From IMG/VR virus record IMGVR_UViG_3300028883_000312, positions 1 through 54,816 of that record: a DNA stretch of 54,816 nt; one strand, written 5' to 3'. The translations under genes and the position numbers were made by a program. Origin of the DNA: a virus (taxonomy: Duplodnaviria; Caudoviricetes). This document shows, piece after piece, positions 51,832 through 54,816 of this stretch (position 1 is the first letter of the stretch; each line of letters opens with the position of its first letter). The notes under the pieces are model-generated. The model was not told where the DNA came from. It did not search any database and was given only the letters and a program-made list of their open reading frames with translations.

Positions 51832-52011
51832 GTGACTAGAGCGCTACATTTTATAGGGTGGGTTATCATTTTAACGGCGATTGTTGGAACCATCATTACT
51901 AGATTACAGAACCAACATCTAACAGAGACACAGCTTTTTCTAGAGTACTGGTATGTATGGGTATCTGTTGTATTTAGTCTAGGATATGGCTATTGGTTGG
52001 TGAGGAGGTAG
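51832..52011 (+). CDS. Small membrane protein (59 aa)
   Basis: Hand-translated; AGGAGG RBS; two hydrophobic segments. Confidence 0.5.
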   Translation: MTRALHFIGWVIILTAIVGTIITRLQNQHLTETQLFLEYWYVWVSVVFSLGYGYWLVRR

Positions 52012-52401
52012 ATGATGCGGAAGATTAAATTCAGGGGCCGAGTGTCAAGAGGGATAGCAAATTCTGGGTATTGGGACTATTGGGGTCTTAGTGGCACCGA
52101 TCTGATTCATGTCATAGACCCAGATACTATTGGGCAATACACGGGACTGAAAGACAAAAACGGCAAAGAGATATATGAGGGGGATATTATCTATTTTGGC
52201 TATGGCATCCCAGGTCGCGCAGTCAATGCGCCTGTTGAGTTTATCGGTGGGGCATTTTACGCAATAACAAAAGGCCACAACCCAGATAAATGCCTTGTTG
52301 GTGAACTAGAGGAGTATGTTGGGGAAATAGAAATCATCGGCAACATATACGAAAACCCAGAACTACTGGACCAGGTAAAGGGTGAGGAGGTAGAGACATG
52401 A
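52012..52401 (+). CDS. YopX-family protein
   Basis: RKIKFRG...TIGQYTGLKDKNGKEIYEGDI...EIIGNIYENPELL; flanked by GGTGAGGAGGTAGA repeats (51999, 52381). Confidence 0.88.
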   Translation: MMRKIKFRGRVSRGIANSGYWDYWGLSGTDLIHVIDPDTIGQYTGLKDKNGKEIYEGDIIYFGYGIPGRAVNAPVEFIGGAFYAITKGHNPDKCLVGELEEYVGEIEIIGNIYENPELLDQVKGEEVET

Positions 52402-52423
52402 AGATATCGGGGGTAGTGAAGCT

Positions 52424-52624
52424 ATGAGCACATACGGTGAATATTGCGAAGTCTGTTACCACCCCAAGGAGGACGTTGACCATTGCAAGCATCCTCGTTG
52501 CCCAACATGCAAGATGTGCAAGGGGACGGGATGGAACCATAACGTACAGTGTAAGCCTTCCAAGGCGCACCCATACGGGTGGAAGTCAGCGAAATGTGAT
52601 TGTGGAGTGGATAATGGAAATTAA
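52424..52624 (+). CDS. Cys-rich small protein
   Basis: CEVC, CPTCKMCKGTG, CDC. Confidence 0.5.
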   Translation: MSTYGEYCEVCYHPKEDVDHCKHPRCPTCKMCKGTGWNHNVQCKPSKAHPYGWKSAKCDCGVDNGN

Positions 52625-52862
52625 AGGCTCTTGTAACCCCATAGTCGGCGGCATGGTCATAGGGACTATCTTTACTGCGTTGATTGCAACCATAGTCGTA
52701 TTGATCTGGTTCCGCCCCGCCATTCCTACCACTAACGAACTGGATGTGGCTATCGTTAAGGCCGTGTTTGCGGAAACGAAGGACTTTTGCGCAAAGATCA
52801 ACGCTAAAAGGTTCAAGGGCCAGGCATCGGGTTTACACATAACAGCAGGGTGTAGCAAATGA
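52614..52862 (+). CDS. Single-TM protein
   Basis: GGAG RBS; hydrophobic N-terminus; ATGA overlap with pseB. Confidence 0.55.
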   Translation: MEIKGSCNPIVGGMVIGTIFTALIATIVVLIWFRPAIPTTNELDVAIVKAVFAETKDFCAKINAKRFKGQASGLHITAGCSK

Positions 52863-53788
52863 ATAACATTTTAGTTACTGGCGCCACAGGATTTTTCGGC
52901 AAGGCCTTTATCCGCTTTGTACTGGACATGGGCGTGCAGCGGGTCTGTGTCTACAGCCGAGATGAGTGGAAGCAGGCCCAGATGCGTGAGGAGTTTGATA
53001 ATGACGATAGGCTCAGATGGTTCATAGGCGATGTTCGTGACTATCAGAGACTGCACCGAGCAATGTCTGGAGTGGATACCGTGATTCATGCGGCTGCACT
53101 AAAGCGAATTGAGGTGGGTGAATATAATCCTGACGAGCTAGTCAAGACTAATGTCAATGGGGCCATGAACGTGATTGAGGCGGCTCTCAGCACCAAGGTC
53201 AAGCATGTGGTGGCGCTGTCTACGGACAAGGCGGCCTCTCCGTACAATGCCTATGGTGCATCCAAACTCTTGTCTGAAAAGCTGTTCCTTGCCGCTAATA
53301 ACATAGCCGGGCAAGGTGGGCCGACTTTCGCCGTAACACGCTATGGCAATGTGGCGGGGAGTACTGGGTCGGTGATCCCGCTATGGCGTAGTCTGCAAGA
53401 GGCTGGTGCGCCCATTGTGGTGACGGACCCAGACTGTACCCGTTTCTGGATGACAAGCGAGGAAGCAGTTAGGTTGGTGTTTTGGGCGGTCGGACGCCGA
53501 GACATGGTGGTTCCAGACCTGCCAGCATATCGGATTGAGGATTTGATTGTTGCCATGGGTGAGAAGCTGAGCGATGCCGTGAAGGTAGACATGCGGCCAG
53601 GGGAGAAAAAGCATGAAGCCATGCTCAGCGAGCATGAGTGTTCAGAGTTTTACAAGTCGGATATATATGGGTACTGGGTGCGCGGTGCCTTTGAGTTCGG
53701 TGACTGGCCACTGGATAAGCCACTGACCAGCGACATAGCGCGGCGCATGAGTATTGAGGAGCTGAGGAGAGGATTGGATGAACTGTGA
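52859..53788 (+). CDS. pseB: UDP-GlcNAc 4,6-dehydratase (inverting, PseB/FlaA1 type)
   Basis: TGATGFFG, SRDEWKQ, IGDVRD, HAAALK..EYNP, LSTDKA, YGASK, RYGNV.GS.GSV, TRFW, RPGEKKHE. Confidence 0.92.
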   Translation: MNNILVTGATGFFGKAFIRFVLDMGVQRVCVYSRDEWKQAQMREEFDNDDRLRWFIGDVRDYQRLHRAMSGVDTVIHAAALKRIEVGEYNPDELVKTNVNGAMNVIEAALSTKVKHVVALSTDKAASPYNAYGASKLLSEKLFLAANNIAGQGGPTFAVTRYGNVAGSTGSVIPLWRSLQEAGAPIVVTDPDCTRFWMTSEEAVRLVFWAVGRRDMVVPDLPAYRIEDLIVAMGEKLSDAVKVDMRPGEKKHEAMLSEHECSEFYKSDIYGYWVRGAFEFGDWPLDKPLTSDIARRMSIEELRRGLDEL

Positions 53789-54416
53789 CCCCTATCAAGT
53801 AGTGCGTGACTTCGAGGCCGCCCTATGCGCCTACACCGGGGCGCTATATGCAGTGACTACGACCAGCTGCACTATGGCGCTGTTGTTGGCGTGTGCATGG
53901 CATCTTGATAGAGGGCCGACTGGTAACGCCATGAGGTTGTGGTCTCAACGTGAGCGCATTAGCATCCCGAAAAGGACCTACATCAGCGTACCGATGTCAA
54001 TCATACACGCAGGCGGGTGGCCGATATTCAAGGATGAGGAGTGGGAGGGAGAGTATAAACTAGAACCGTTGCCAGTCTGGGACTGCGCTAGGTGGTTGCG
54101 CGGAGATATGTATCGTGCAGGCCAATTTATGTGCTTGAGTTTTCATTGGACGAAGCAACTGTCCTTGGGCCAGGGCGGAGCGATTCTCCACAATGACCCA
54201 GAAGCCGATAAATGGTTACGCCGCGCACGCTTCGACGGTCGCACAGAGGGATTGGCGCCAAAGGCTGACACCTTCGACATGATAGGACACCATTGCTACA
54301 TGAGCCCTCGCGATGCGGCAGAAGGATTGAGCCGACTGGCGACATTGCCCAAGCACAATGACCCTTTACCTAATGACGATTACCCAGACCTTTCCAAAAT
54401 TGAGGTGTTTCGATGA
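53778..54416 (+). CDS. pseC: Compact DegT/DnrJ-family PLP aminotransferase (PseC-like)
   Basis: FEAALC.YTGA.YAV..TSCTMAL, WDCA, CLSFHWTKQL..GQGGAI; only 212 aa. Confidence 0.7.
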   Translation: MNCDPYQVVRDFEAALCAYTGALYAVTTTSCTMALLLACAWHLDRGPTGNAMRLWSQRERISIPKRTYISVPMSIIHAGGWPIFKDEEWEGEYKLEPLPVWDCARWLRGDMYRAGQFMCLSFHWTKQLSLGQGGAILHNDPEADKWLRRARFDGRTEGLAPKADTFDMIGHHCYMSPRDAAEGLSRLATLPKHNDPLPNDDYPDLSKIEVFR

Positions 54417-54730
54417 ATAAAGACGAACCCATCACTTGGGCAATCAAAGACCATGGCGGCAAGGTAGTCGTGGAATTCTCAAGGCAAACCCGCAATGTCG
54501 TGATGGACCCTGAAAACGCCAGGGCTATCGGTGAGGGCATAGCGAAAGCTGCCTATGCCGCACAGTATGGCGCAGCCCCGGAGGAAGGGCGCAACGTTAT
54601 CAGCGAGCAAGTGATGAGCAAGCTAATGACCCGCCTGACACTGGTAATACGGCAGATGCAGGATACAAACAAGGCACCAGCCTACATTGCATCGAGTGTC
54701 TTGGACGTTGTGATGAGGGAGGTGACATGA
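54413..54730 (+). CDS. Hypothetical protein inside the pse operon
   Basis: ATGA overlaps with pseC and pseF; GAGGTG RBS. Confidence 0.65.
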   Translation: MNKDEPITWAIKDHGGKVVVEFSRQTRNVVMDPENARAIGEGIAKAAYAAQYGAAPEEGRNVISEQVMSKLMTRLTLVIRQMQDTNKAPAYIASSVLDVVMREVT

Positions 54731-54816
54731 ATTCAATCTGCATCATCCCCGCGCGCGGTGGTAGTCAGCGCATCCCGGGCAAGAATATCCGGGAGTTCCA
54801 CGGCAAGCACATCATT
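54683..54816. repeat. Terminal direct repeat copy 2 (includes the pseF 5' end from 54727)
   Basis: Matches 1-134 with one mismatch. Confidence 0.95.

Overview
The window is an apparently complete, circularly permuted podovirus-like phage genome of about 54.7 kb. Bases 1-134 repeat at 54683-54816 with one mismatch. It has a T7/BPP-1-type morphogenesis module: TerS, TerL, portal, scaffold, capsid, tail tubular A and B, and ejection proteins including a 3022-aa polyvalent protein with an ADP-ribosyltransferase-like domain. It also has a tail fibre, a lysis cassette, a second late module (PhoD-like phosphatase plus beta-helix proteins), and two divergent early arms around a Cro-like gene. The early arms encode an ERF recombinase, a replication initiator, nucleases and many small ORFs. 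I found no integrase, CI, DNA/RNA polymerase, canonical tRNA or CRISPR array. The outstanding feature, joined across the circular junction, is a near-complete pseudaminic-acid-type (nonulosonic acid) pathway: pseB, a short pseC, pseH-like GNAT, pseI, pseF, a WbuX/PseA amidotransferase, HisF2 and a methylase. Inside the head-gene module there is a protein with CMP-sialyltransferase/Maf-like motifs next to a Ser/Thr-rich virion-type protein. I infer a phage-encoded system that O-glycosylates virions with a modified pseudaminic acid. Secondary signals include a 4-copy late-promoter palindrome, several families of gene-junction direct repeats suggesting serial ORF insertion, a tRNA-like structured RNA and other structured intergenic elements. 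All family assignments are by eye from motifs; no database searches were run.
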